The position numbers and the translations under genes are program-made. This document shows positions 1 through 12,654 of a DNA stretch of 64,000 nt, piece after piece. Where the stretch lies: assembly GCF_022045235.1 (NCBI RefSeq), contig NW_027266343.1, forward strand, positions 28,272,001 to 28,336,000, given 5' to 3'. This DNA is from Haliotis cracherodii (taxonomy: Eukaryota). Every line of letters begins with the position of its first letter. Within the stretch, counting starts at the first letter, position 1. The notes under the pieces are model-generated. The model was not told the DNA's origin, did no database searches, and saw only the letters and a list, made by a program, of their open reading frames with translations.

Positions 1-408
1 TAATAAAGACATTTTACAGATAATTAAAAACGTGTCTATATTGAATGTTTCGAAGTAAAATGCGCCATTTGGCTTTTGTCCACTGAGGAACGGAAACTAT
101 ACCTTAAGACACATCAATTTCAATGGCAAACATTACATAGCGTCAGCATGTAATGAGATCTGTGACGCGATCAAAATGTCAGACAACTGGAACCACGTGA
201 CCTCACTTAAATAGAGGCTATCTCGGATAAAAGTAAAAAAGTCACGACCTCGCAGAAAATGACTTCACAATGTCTAATCATGCGGACATATTTATTTAGT
301 TTCACACATAATTAAATCCAACTACTGCCATAAAACAGCCCACTGAGATTTCCCGGGTGCCCCCGCACTGAAAACGAACAACTGCTGCAATGTTCAGAAA
401 AGCGTCTG

Positions 409-583
409 ATTGGTTGGTTGGTCTGTCGTTTAACGCCGCACTCAACAATATTCCAGCTATATGATGGCGGTCTGTAAATAATCGAGTCTGGACCAGACAA
501 TCCAGTGATTAATATCATGAACATCGATCAACGCAATTGGGATACGATGACATGCATCAACCTAGTCAGCGAGATCTTCACGG
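409..583 (-). mobile_element. SINE family A (non-tRNA head), internally deleted copy
   Basis: Matches the family A core and tail seen in many copies in this window (tccagactcgattatttacagaccgcc...gctggaatattgttgagtgcggcgttaaac, then an (AACC)n tail). Only about 10 nt of the head (ccgtgaagat) are kept. Confidence 0.85.
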
Positions 584-3500
584 CAGGAACCCATAGTGGA
601 ACGTGTTTCGTGCACGTGACTATCACATGACCCAACACAATATGGCGACTGCCGTGAGCCGTTTGATGTTGTCACAGGGAACACCTAATTTTTCTGTTTA
701 GCACAGAATAACATAAATCCAAAAATGGCAATCTAGTAATACGAACTAGTTATACGATATGGTTTACAGTAACATTCACGCTCTGCTCCTCTGTTGCCTG
801 AGTTAGCGTTGTCAGCCGAATAAGTCGAGAGGACGCGAGGGGCTAAGACCCTTTCACCGTCATGTCTGAAACTTTTTTCTATGCATGAAATGAGATCACT
901 ATTTTCTGAATATAATGTCAGTGCAGATGTACAACGACCGAATCCAGAGGTGTGCGAGTGTGTGCGTGCGTGTATCCTCATTCAGCCACCCACCCAGCAA
1001 ACTCACCCTCATTAATGCTGACACACACATTCACCGCCTCCTTGATTGGGGAAGGATCGGATTCGGCGAAATCGAGGATTCCAATCCAGCACTGACATAC
1101 AAGTATCTGGTTGAGCTGCGTGCGACATCACACAAAGTGTCTCCTACCTCTTCAACACCCGGCTAATGTCTACACAACAAACCACACCCTGTGTTTCCAG
1201 GTGTGTGCATGATGTAATGTAGGTCAATGTAGGTCAGCAGCGCCGGTCAGTGTAGGTCACATGTGAGAGACAGTCCTAGACTAATATTCCTCTATCAGCA
1301 AAGATGAACTATATTTGTTCCATGAGCCTCTTATACGGCGAGACGATGGGAAACCGACAGTGTGTAGTCGGGTGCTGTTAGGGGAGTACTGCTTCAACAT
1401 AACACATTTCTGTTGATGACACATCTTCCTTGGCTTGTTTGTTTGATCTAATTAATTCTAATGTACCTTAGTACGAGTTACAGCAATTGTCATGTTAAGA
1501 TGACGAACACGGTCCTGGATATAAGCATGATCTTTATGTCCCATACTATATAATATAAACTTACGATTGGCGTACTATGAGAAAGACTTTGGCTGACCGT
1601 GCAATGTACAGTATATCTTTCATATAGCCATCGTTCATTTCATCGTGATCGTCCTACTTAGCGACTTTTGCATTGGCGATGAAAAGTGGGACAGTATTTA
1701 TTTATTTATGTTTGTATTTATTGACCTAGGTTTCAGATGCCACGATGATTGATGCAGTGGAACAACGGATATGTAGCAGATTTCTTAAGGTTTAGTATCT
1801 GTTATCAACATGGAGATGCAATATCACATAAACACTTGAAGCAGGAAATATCATGTAATGCATAAAACAGAATGAATACAGTCAACGTGATTTGGTATTT
1901 CTGGTGTAAGATTCCGAATCGACCAAATCCAGTTTATCATAAACCATATGGCCTGTCGGAAACAGTATATTCGCCAACATAAAAGCATTTACGAGAAATG
2001 AAATGAAATTAGCATCATTTCCATTTTAAAGCTGTAGGAAATATCAACTGTAATTCCTTTAGAAAGCAAGGCCATTAGAACCAATCTTATTTGCTGATTT
2101 CGCTCACTTTCATTTTATAGGAAAATGACACTCTCAAGTGTTCCTGACGTTACAGACTGCATGGATATGTTACATGGAAACACTGAATGTATAAGGTCGG
2201 TCGTTCGTCTCATCAAAAAGAAAATACCCCCTATATTACAACTGTATACATTTAATGCCAACCTTAAATATGTCAAATCTCGCCCCATGAGCCGGATATA
2301 TTTCACCATGGATACATTATCTGTGTCTCCATGTAAATGTGGCGCGAACATCATTTTCTATTTGCGTCCCTTACTCCTGACAGGATCCGCTGGTCATGTT
2401 ATCGAATCCCTGTTTCTCCGATCTTAGGCTTCAAGCACCCTACCCATGCTCGTGGGTGTCACCAGGGTAGTCACGTGCGCTCCATGACGTAACTGACACC
2501 CGACACCCATCATCCTACAACCACTTTCTCAGCTGACATCCACGCTCCCTCTAACAGCCCCGTATAATAGATAGGCATGCAAAATTGTAGGTAAGGTAAA
2601 GTGCTGACATTAAAAACCTATCCTAATATCCGTTTCTACTCCAAGCAATTACCCTATTACCTTTCAAATGACTCTCTCGTCTTCTAAGATTTCAAATAAA
2701 CTTTCAAAATCACTTTCAACTTGAATGATCAACTACCTCTAATTTATTGGGAATCTAATAGCGCAGGGTTTGGAAGTAAGGTTACAATAAACTAATATTA
2801 GACTTTCTTCCATATGTTTCAAAAACGTGAAGCGGGAGTTGTTTTTTTTTATATATTTACAAACTGTTCAAGGCATGCGTTTGTATTAACTCTCGGCGAA
2901 TGTGACTTTCTCAAGACTAATAAAGGTGCTTCGAGTAAAGAAAAACATGGGAAAATACATAGCTATGTGACGATTTGAGCCCTGTCCTCAAGGTGACGAG
3001 AGAAGCTATCTACGAGTGAGTGAGTTCGGTTTAGCGCCGCTTTGTACAGTTTATATAACGACTTGTATGCTTAATGATTGAGGACAGCCCAATTTGAAGC
3101 AGTTCGTAAATGGTGTACCACTTTAGTAAAATACACGAGAACGGATATGGTGAAAACAAACTAGGATTACAAATTGTGGCGCCTTACACGACTGGTCCAT
3201 CCGTGCCCCCGAGAACATACCAATGTGTCTTTATATCGACAAGTTCGTTAGACGTGACAACACGGTATGGCCCAAGCACAAGTCATTATGTTACAACGAG
3301 GAAATAAGAATTAAATGACTGCACATGTATTGATTTAACGTAATTCCATACAGTTATTGTCTACAAATCGTATAACCAAGTGAAAAATAATTGATTTTTC
3401 TGTTTAGCTGAATATATCTATGAAATGTGAGTTGAACGATTCCGGTTAAATAAGTAAAATGATTTTCGAGATATTTGACAAAATGAACATTATTTATGAC

Positions 3501-3612
3501 ATATGTTATTCTAGTAGTCAATATCAATCATCTCAATGCCTTTTAATATGTTTCTCCTTCAGAACAAATTAATCAAGATACAACAAGATTTCTAACAAGT
3601 TCATATATAATT

Positions 3613-3824
3613 GGGGGGCACGGGTGGCCCAGTCGCCTAAGGCGCCGCGATTCGCTGTGCAGTTTTGCGTTCCTTGGGTACACCAGAAACCTATGATTGT
3701 GGGTTCGAATCCCGGTTCGCCCCGATTATGTTTCTAGGTTTGTCAGCACCATACCCGTGCTCGTGGGTTTCACCGAAGTAGTAAACGTCTGAGACCTGCA
3801 TCACTTCGGGCTTTCCTCCCACAT
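3613..3824 (+). mobile_element. SINE family B (tRNA-Leu-like head, V-domain-like core), 3'-truncated
   Basis: A-box-like tggcccagtcg, B box gggttcgaatccc and core gggctttcctcccacat. Homologous copies at 8653, 24477, 40027, 51588 and 59508. Confidence 0.85.
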
Positions 3825-6800
3825 ATATATGGCATAAATAATGGGAAGACTTGAAAATTTGACATGATCTTTTTTCATACCAAAAGTCGCAGTACAGTTG
3901 ACATACAACGAACTTAGACGTTGGTAGCAAGGGGAGTAACACACTGCAAAACTGCTTCGCCTCAGACCGCCTTGACACGCTCGATACTAGAATACAGAAG
4001 GAAATAGACAATGGTTGACGATTTAATGAAAACACTTTAATGCAAAGACCAAAGAAAGATGGAGCCACGCTTTTCATTTAAGAGCTGATGTTTAATATCA
4101 TAAACGTTAGTGTCAAAATGAAAAACGAGACAACGACAATCAAATGCATCCTTAAAACTATCTCTTCCTATCAAACGAAAGATTGATTGACCATCCTGAT
4201 TGCCAAGCCCTTCTTTCACATAAACTTCTTTGGCATACATTTATGTATAATATTCCTTGATGGCGACATGTAGCGATTCATACCATATCGAGAATGACAT
4301 AATTCATACGCAATTACATAAGATGCTGATGTAGGACAAACCTTCGTGGCGTTCTGTGTATAGTCTCTAGTTTTGCATGAGGCTTACCCTAGGCAAACCT
4401 TCTGTACATACTGCATGTCCTTCCTAACACAAAATCGATGTCCCCAAAGAATAATTAACATTGATTGCTTAAATATAATTACATACGACACTGGAAGGAA
4501 ATAACAGTCAAGGATGCTCTTTAACAACCTTCAGAAGAAATGCGTGGGCATTGAAGACAAGCTGGACGTTTGTAGCGTAGCGGAATAAACCGAGTGGCTC
4601 CGAGTGGTGATGAAAACGAGACGGGAACTTTGGAAGACTGGAGACGTGAAAAAGTCCGAAGGATCCGCGGACGAACATATTAGTCGATATTACAGATATT
4701 TTGGTAAGGGTTCGGCGATCCATGGCCCGTAGGGCAAGACGTGGGTTCAGCTACAGCGAATATAGATGTCGATCGAGACAATTTGCTGAAAGAGTTAAAG
4801 TGTAGATATTTGAATGGATTTGGGGAAACGTTCAGTAGAGCGAGCAGTGTTGGGACAGACACGTGGCCGTTGTAGACGGTTTAGGAGCAGTAGATGTGGC
4901 CAGTGCTTTAATAATTTAACCCGTTGGAGTGAGCTAGACGTCTGCAGTTAGATGGGAACGTGATTCACTATCTCGAGGGCTTGTTAGCTCGTACTTGTTG
5001 TTGTATAGCGGTGGGTTTTAGGTGATATTGGTAGATGAATTGTCTAAAGACGGATTATCAAACAAACATGATACTAATGGCTCTTCTGTAAGATGGCATG
5101 ATTGATTAAAGGATTCATTACATGTCAGATAAGGTGGGATTTCACGAGTAAGCAGCTAATAATCAACATTGTTCTTAAGCTTGAAGCTCTCAGATAAAGC
5201 TCGTCAGTAACGGCGAAGTGTGTCCATATTGTATATGAACTATATATTTGCTGTATATTATTATTGAGTGGGTTGTATGTTTGATGTTTACTGATGTCTC
5301 GTCATGCAACATCGATAGTAAAAGAAAGACGGTTCGTGTGTTGATTTTCGCCTGTGTCCGATCATATCGACACATAGAGGAAAATCAACTAGAAACTCGA
5401 AAACTTTGGACACCCGGTGTCACTGCAATGAAGAAAGAAGGCGGAGTTACGTCCCTTTGAAATGATAACATCTTCTCCCGCTAATGCGAAAAAAACAACT
5501 AATAACTGGATTGATTATCTGTTTTCGTTTTGTATATGGTTGGTCGTCCTAACCTTTAAAGCTCTGAGCTACGTCAAACAAACATGTTAAAAACTGTTTC
5601 CCTATTTGGGCGTTTGAAGTGGAGTGGACGATAATGATAATCTGAGGATTTGGAAGAAAGGCCCATATTCAGCTTCCTGTAAGGGACTTCGGCGAACAAT
5701 GTCCGTGTTTTATACGATGTCGGTTATTCTCAACACGGAAGAAACTAGGTCTCGAGAAGTATCGGAAATATTGATGTTAGAAGTATTTAGTTCACTTGGC
5801 TTCTTAAAATAGTCTTGACATATACAACTTCGCACAATCACTCAAAGTTAATGGTATTCACGAACAGTATCATATTTCACGCATTCATAAACTTGAGATG
5901 AATATATTTCATACTGAATTTTAATATGCTGTAGACTGTTTTCATTCAATACAGGACACTGTTTATGAATAACAACTTCTTTAATTAATTGTAATGACGT
6001 TTCAGATACATATCATATCATGTGTATATATAATAACTCTATGTACTCAGGATTCTCCTCATGAGGGTGCAAGAAGTAGCTCTGAATCGTCATTATTGTA
6101 TGACTCTATATTATCGCGGTATCGGTAAATCTCGTAATCCACCTCCCCTTTCAACTGTTTATTTATGCAAATCTAAGCACGATGTTTCATCGCTTGATCG
6201 ATTACAGGACTCGTTGCGCTATGTCATGGTAACTTTTTTATGGTAGTTTCTGGAATGTTTTTGAAGTGGACTTACCAATACCTTCATTCGAAATTGGTTA
6301 GAAAAGAACCCATTTACTTGGACGAAGTCCCTTGACCCAAGCTAGGTCGTATGCATACTGATTATGCGTAATCCAAAACAGGAAGTAATGTAAACATTAC
6401 AACCCACATCACAAAATAGTGATACCGCAAAAATATACAGTTGCCCGCCCTTGAGTCGCTAATGACAGGTACTTTGTTTACCGAACTCGGTAAAGAAAAT
6501 CAGTATCGATCAATCCTAACTGATGTGTCATACAAAGTGAACAAACAACAAGAAACATTAAGGTTATTACATATTTAATAGGTCGGTTAGCGTTCGATAT
6601 TGCGATCCATTAAAAATGAACTACCGCGATGATATAGGGCACCATGCTACAAAGGAGAAAAGAAGTTGATTTCCATAAAATAGTCTCATGAATTAATGTT
6701 CTTCCAACTTCCAAATGCGTATCAAAACCTTGTTTTCATTTAACAAGAACACTTACATACTTACGATTGAGAGAAATCTACAAAGCATCAAACTACTTCA

Positions 6801-8652
6801 ATGACAAAAGCATAATGTTTAATATTTTCTTGTTCAATCAATGCATTAATTTCTTCAAGGTATTAAAATATATTAAAAGAAGTTAAAGCATTGAAAGAAA
6901 ATAGAAAAGAATTCCAAAATAAATCGTGACTTCATAGATCGAAGAGCCACTTAAAGGGAGATATGATCTAAGGTAATTGACAGCCACAGCAAGTTTCATT
7001 CAGATCCTTGAGGACATTCCTTTCACTGTGTCAACTCCCATTTTATTAAGTATTCGATTTAGCAGTTCATAATTGCCAACATGTTTACATAATATATATC
7101 AGTATTTAAGAAATAGGATTTAAGGTCGGATCCAGCATTTTTAAAAGGGGGATCCAAAATAGCAAAATTCTTTCTTAGATAAGTTTACTGCCTACAGCAT
7201 TCTTCATTTGGTTTTCAAAAGAGGGGTTAACAGACAAGCAACGTTATGCATAAACTATGTGAACTGCAAGAACTGTCACGTTGCTCGAAACCAGTCTCCA
7301 TTTAAAATGTATTTCCCATGTCAAGACAGCTTAGCGTATGAGCCTTCACGGACAATCACCAAGATCATAAACCAGGTACAAATGGTGCTTGTTCCTTAAA
7401 TAACAATTTACTTAAGCTAAGGCTTGATGAACCAACACGGACTCTTTTAATCAATTGCCTCATTCCAAGAAATGGGCAGCCATATGGTTCTATTCTCTCA
7501 GTGACACACATTCGCGGGGTAATTGGTCCGACATTGCATTATCGCAAAGAACTTGCGAGATGAAAAGCGCCACTGAGGGAAATGCAAGCTAACGTTGAGT
7601 AAGTGTCTTGAACAAGGACATCGTGAGGTCTGCCCAGTATCTAATCAAGCGAATCTCCCGAGGGACGAAATAAACTCGGTTAACACGAGACCCAACGAGA
7701 CGTGAAGGAACAGGTGACACCAAGGTGAAGGTCAGAATCATTTTTCTCCGGTACAGTGTGAAGTGTACATAAGAAATGTTTTAATTTTACTTGGTCTAGA
7801 TTGACCATTGCGCTGCCGCATTCTGACGTCAATATCTGGTTATTTCTGCCGTTAATCCTCGTAGGGTCCGAACATTTCATGTTCTTGGGGAGGGTTTTTT
7901 TTTAGGCAATTATTATTCTGTTTCTGTAAGGGTTTTTTTCCCTTGCATGATGAGCCAAGCTATTATTTTTCTGGACATTCGGTATGTTCGGTGAACGAGT
8001 GGGTTATGAGCCTTTTGGAGATTACAATGTTCAAAACAATGTTCGGTAACGCTTCATATATACAGAGGTACATAACTCCACACCAAGTATCAGATATTTA
8101 AATGTCCGGCACATTTCAGTGCATGGATGCCGTCCGGATTATTGAGATTTTGTTTTAGAAGGTGGGGAACACGTTAGGTGTTTGAAGGGCTAGGAAGTAT
8201 GCACAAATCACCGGGTTAGACGGTTAGCCCCCGCCAACAGGTCCTGAGATCGATTCCTTATATTGGGAGAACACCAAGCGGAATAATAGACTTTCTCTCC
8301 CACTATCAATTGGCTGTATTATCGTCTATCCTGTAATACGGTAACTGTAATCAAGACTCGTGACTCTTGTCAATTCAGAATATTTGGTTTGACGCCACTT
8401 TAAACAGTATGTCAGTTATGTCACGGAATGCAGTCTGATGTAGGAGGAAAGGATGCGGGTTTCACACGTTTACCAGTTGGTGAAACCAACGAGCACGGCT
8501 ATTGTGCTGACGAACAAAGAGCAATACTTATGTCGAACCGGAATTAGAACACGCGATCATAGGTGTTATGCATGACTAAAGGATGACCCTTGCCAAATGA
8601 GCCACCTCTGCTTCAGATGAGAGGCTTAACAGACAGTTATCGATATTCAATT

Positions 8653-8896
8653 TGAGTGAGTGAGTGAGTGAGTGAGTTGGGTTTAACGCCGCATTTAACA
8701 GTAACCCAGTCATATCGCGGCGTGTCAGCTTAATGTGGGAGGAAAGCCCGAAGTGATTCAGGTCTCAGACGGTTACCACTTCGGTGAAACCCACGAGCAC
8801 GGGTATGGTGCTGACAAACCTAGAAAGATAATCGGGGCGAACCGGGATTCGAACCCACTATCATGGTTTCTGGCGTGCCCAAGGGACGCAACTCTG
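8653..8896 (-). mobile_element. SINE family B, 5'-truncated
   Basis: (GAGT)n tail and reverse complement of the family B body, including B box ggattcgaaccc. Confidence 0.85.
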
Positions 8897-8924
8897 GTTG
8901 GGGGGGGGGGGGGGGGGGGGGCGG

Positions 8925-9157
8925 GGGTGCACGGGACGGGGGGCCCAGTCGTCTAAGGCGCCAGAAACCCGTGCTCGATGGTTTCACCGAAGCGGTAAAC
9001 GTCTGAGACCTGCATCACATCGGGCTTTCCTCCCAGATTGAGCTGGCACGCCGCGAAATAACTGTAATTCTGTTAACACCGAACTCACTCACTCACTCTC
9101 TCACTATAACTGGAATACTGTTAAAAGCGGCGTTAAACCCAACTCACTCACTCACTC
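8925..9157 (+). mobile_element. SINE family B, internally deleted copy plus a second stacked 3' tail
   Basis: Head ggcccagtcgtctaaggcgcc joins directly to the body. (TCAC)n tail at about 9084-9103, and a second tail ctggaatactgttaaaagcggcgttaaacccaac(tcac)n at 9106-9157. Confidence 0.8.
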
Positions 9158-10167
9158 GACATGACGACCGAATGTTTTAACCCTTACACTCCCCTTTACA
9201 CGTCAGAGGCTGTCCGCGAGATGGTGCTTAATTACATAATACATGATAGTTTTGAGTTAAGTGGAGTATAAACAGAATATATTTGTTACAGACAAACGCA
9301 CTGCCCATCGTGCTAACCAGCCGTCACGCCAAGTACAAGACTGGCCACCACAGAATGGATAACGTGACGTCGGGCTCTACAAGGTCATGCTGCCCCAGCT
9401 TCCTGATAACATCCAAGAAAGAATTTAATTTTAAATCAATGAATATGCAGAGATTTATGACGTCATTTCAAAAGAAATGGTCTCGAGGCACGTATTTACA
9501 TTAAGTTAAATTCTTGGCATTTAAGGTTCAGTCAATTTATTCATTGCTCCTTACGTCACAGGGGTCGGGCGGCGGCAGTCACAAGAAGTCCCCGGAAAGG
9601 AATTCAATGCGTTTAATCACAGTTAAGTCCGGAAATTTGGGGGCACTTTGATTTCCTTGCGTTGGTTCATACAAAAACTAACACCGTATGTCTGTCTCCG
9701 TTTATCTTGGGTGAATGGGTAGCCATATGTTCAAACGTTTCGCTTTCTACTTTTTTCTAAAATTATTTGGAATCAATTTAAAAAAAAATATAAAGATTGT
9801 TTTAGGGTTTGAGTTTCTTTCTTTAGGAGCTGGGGTTAGATGTTTTTTAGTTGCAACCTGACTGATCTGAACCTTGGTGTGACGTCATCATGCCCGTAAG
9901 TTTGGAGTTCCCGTTAATTAAGCAGAGACAAGGTGATAAACCTCACATTCAGAGAAGCTTTAAACCCAGCTCACTCCCTGTGTCGTGGAAACCCTGAAAA
10001 AACTGCAGAGAGGTACATTGAGAGCTTCATCAAACCCGGTTAAGAATGGACACAAGCAATGCCAGACTAATGAATAGATCATACTGCCGCGTGTATTTTT
10101 ATAACATGTCGGTTGCCTTTAAATAAATAAACATGACTGTTGTCCATCCTTTTTTATTTATTTTAGT

Positions 10168-10378
10168 TTTTGTTAAACTTCGCAGTATCTAGCTATCCGA
10201 TGGCGGTCTGTAAAAAAAATCTACTATGGGCCAGACAAACAGTTGACTGGCATTATGATCAACGTCTCACGTCGTCGGGGTACGATGACCCGTTATCAAC
10301 GGGCCTGACCACCCGATCCAGTCTGTCGCCTCTTACGATCAGCAGAGGTTAATGGAAATGTATTCTAACCCGGAATCC
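10168..10378 (-). mobile_element. SINE family A, old divergent copy
   Basis: Degenerate match to family A, including cctgaccacccgatcc, gtcgcctcttacga and tattctaacccgga. Confidence 0.7.
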
Positions 10379-10514
10379 CAACTGAATAATTATATTTTTC
10401 GTTATCAACACTGTCAAATATTGTTCCACACGACCCAAAACAATCCACTGTCACGCAACCCCTTCCCAACCCCGACTTCCACACACCTCTATCTCCCAAT
10501 CCTCCTTTATACAA

Positions 10515-10744
10515 GACCCGTGAAGATTAGAATAGGTCTTCAGCAACCCATGCTTGTCGTAAGGGGCGACTAACAGTATCGGTTGGTCAGGCTCCCTGAC
10601 TAGGTAGATGCAGGTATCCCAATTGCTAGGATCGATGTTTATGATATCAATCACTGGATTGTCTATCCAGACTCGAATATTTCCAAACCGCTGTCATATA
10701 GCTGGAGTATTGCTGAGTGCGTCGTTCAACAACAAACAAACAAA
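10515..10744 (+). mobile_element. SINE family A, near full-length
   Basis: Runs from gacccgtgaagat at the head to an (AAAC)n tail. Confidence 0.9.
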
Positions 10745-11482
10745 TCGCAATCAGTTTTCAGTTTTAATGCAACACTTGTCATAATTATCGAGTTTCATAA
10801 ATATGAAATATCGATTTAGATCTTTGACCTTGCTGAACCCCGAATAGCATAAACAATACGTACAAACAAGTATTCTCCAAGGAATATTCCAGTTAGAATC
10901 AGGGGTCATTGAGTATTCTGTCAACGTCAAGGAAACAAAAGTGACGTCAATTCATGATGCTATTTTTTTCAGATCACTTCACACGAAAGGAAAAAGTCCT
11001 AACACTGACCGGGCTGACATAGCGCTGGAAAAAACAACAATCTTTGACAAAAATTCGATTGACTTAGACTATAACATTTTGCTTTCGTCCATGTTGAGTG
11101 TAAACAATGTTAATCGGGTCTACTGAAGGCGACTTCTTTTTCTGTGTCAATCAAAGAAGCTATAAATAAATGTCATGTATTATTTATGCCGACTTCTTTC
11201 CATTCACTGTGAAGCCCGAACTGCACGGAATACACGCGGTAGAAACATTGTTTAGAAAGTAATAACAATTCAGAGCCTTCGGGCATAACAAAGGATAGTT
11301 GGTGCATTGTTTTAGCGAGAAGACTAGTGCTGAACACACGCTGGTGTGGGTATAAAGTTCACTATTTGAACGCCAGTTTCGCAATAGGAATAATCAAAGT
11401 CATGACATGTGTACCATCATTGATGCAATTGTCTTTTGCAAGTTATTTGATAATGGGAGCACCAGTAATGGGCTTCACACAT

Positions 11483-11740
11483 TGTTTGTTTTTTTTTTTT
11501 TTTGCTGTTTAACGCCGCTCTCAGCAATATTCCAGCTATATGACGGCAGTCTGTAAATAATCGAGTCTGGACCAGACAATCCAGTGATTAATATCATGGG
11601 CATCGATCCACGCAGTTGGGATAAGATGACACATATCAACCAAGTCAGCGAGCCTGACCACCCGATCCCATTAGTCGCCTCTTACGACAAGCATAGACGC
11701 CTTTTACGGCAAGCATGGGTTGCTGAAGACCTGTTCCTAG
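11483..11740 (-). mobile_element. SINE family A (double-hairpin variant) inserted in a family D SINE
   Basis: Family A match. It is flanked by duplicated acattgt inside the family D sequence (ccagtaatgggcttcacacattgt...acattgtacccgtgtggg). Confidence 0.85.
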
Positions 11741-11971
11741 ACCTAGACATTGTACCCGTGTGGGTAGTAGTAGTCGTAGGAGAGGAGGGGGAGGAGAAGG
11801 AGTAGGAGTAGTTACGTACATGGGCGTTGCCTTGGTGGCTGTACTATGACTGAGGATTGTAAAATTGCCAGCAGTAATGGTGGAAGTGATATTAAGTGAA
11901 GTCGTATCTCCCACGATAATGGTAAAATTTGGATATAATATGGCAAGCAACATAAACCAGTGTCTTAACGA

Positions 11972-12188
11972 CTTGTCCAGAGAGGCGACTATGCTTGTCG
12001 TAAGAGGTCACTAACGGGGTCGGGTGGTCAGGCTCACTGACTTGGTAAGAACCATGTTATCGTATCCCATTTGTGTAGATCGATGTTCATGATGTCACTG
12101 GATTGTCTCATCCAGATTCGAATATTTACAGACCACCGTCAAAATGCTGGAATATTGCTGTATGTGGCGTCAAACAACAAACAAACAA
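11972..12188 (+). mobile_element. SINE family A (double-hairpin variant), 5'-truncated
   Basis: gaggcgactatgcttgtcgtaagagg through to an (AAAC)n tail. Confidence 0.85.
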
Positions 12189-12654
12189 GCGACGTGAACA
12201 GTGCGAAAATTCCACACTGTTGCCAATGCCCACCCACAGCATGTCTACCACACCCATCAACCCCCGCACGGGCCACAACCAACAATCCATTCACCGCTGT
12301 TAAGCCTATTATACACACACGACGCAGAACTAGGCGCAGCGGCGATAATAACGAGTTATCAAAATATACCATTCACAACACTCTGTTAATGTAATCAGAA
12401 CGCACAAACCTCTTACTGGAAATCATTATGTCGTTATGTCTTTGAGATCGATCATATACACCTGTAGACATGTAATTATCAGAACAGTATTTCTCCAACA
12501 TATGTGGGGTTGATTAAGTGTGAACTCGTACTCAAACCTTTGTAAATGTCCTGTTTTAACACCCATTAAACTACCATCTGTACAACATTTAATTAGGTGC
12601 AGTCCCTGATTGAATGCAACCTTGTCTTGTGTACACACCCCTTCGTTGAATACA

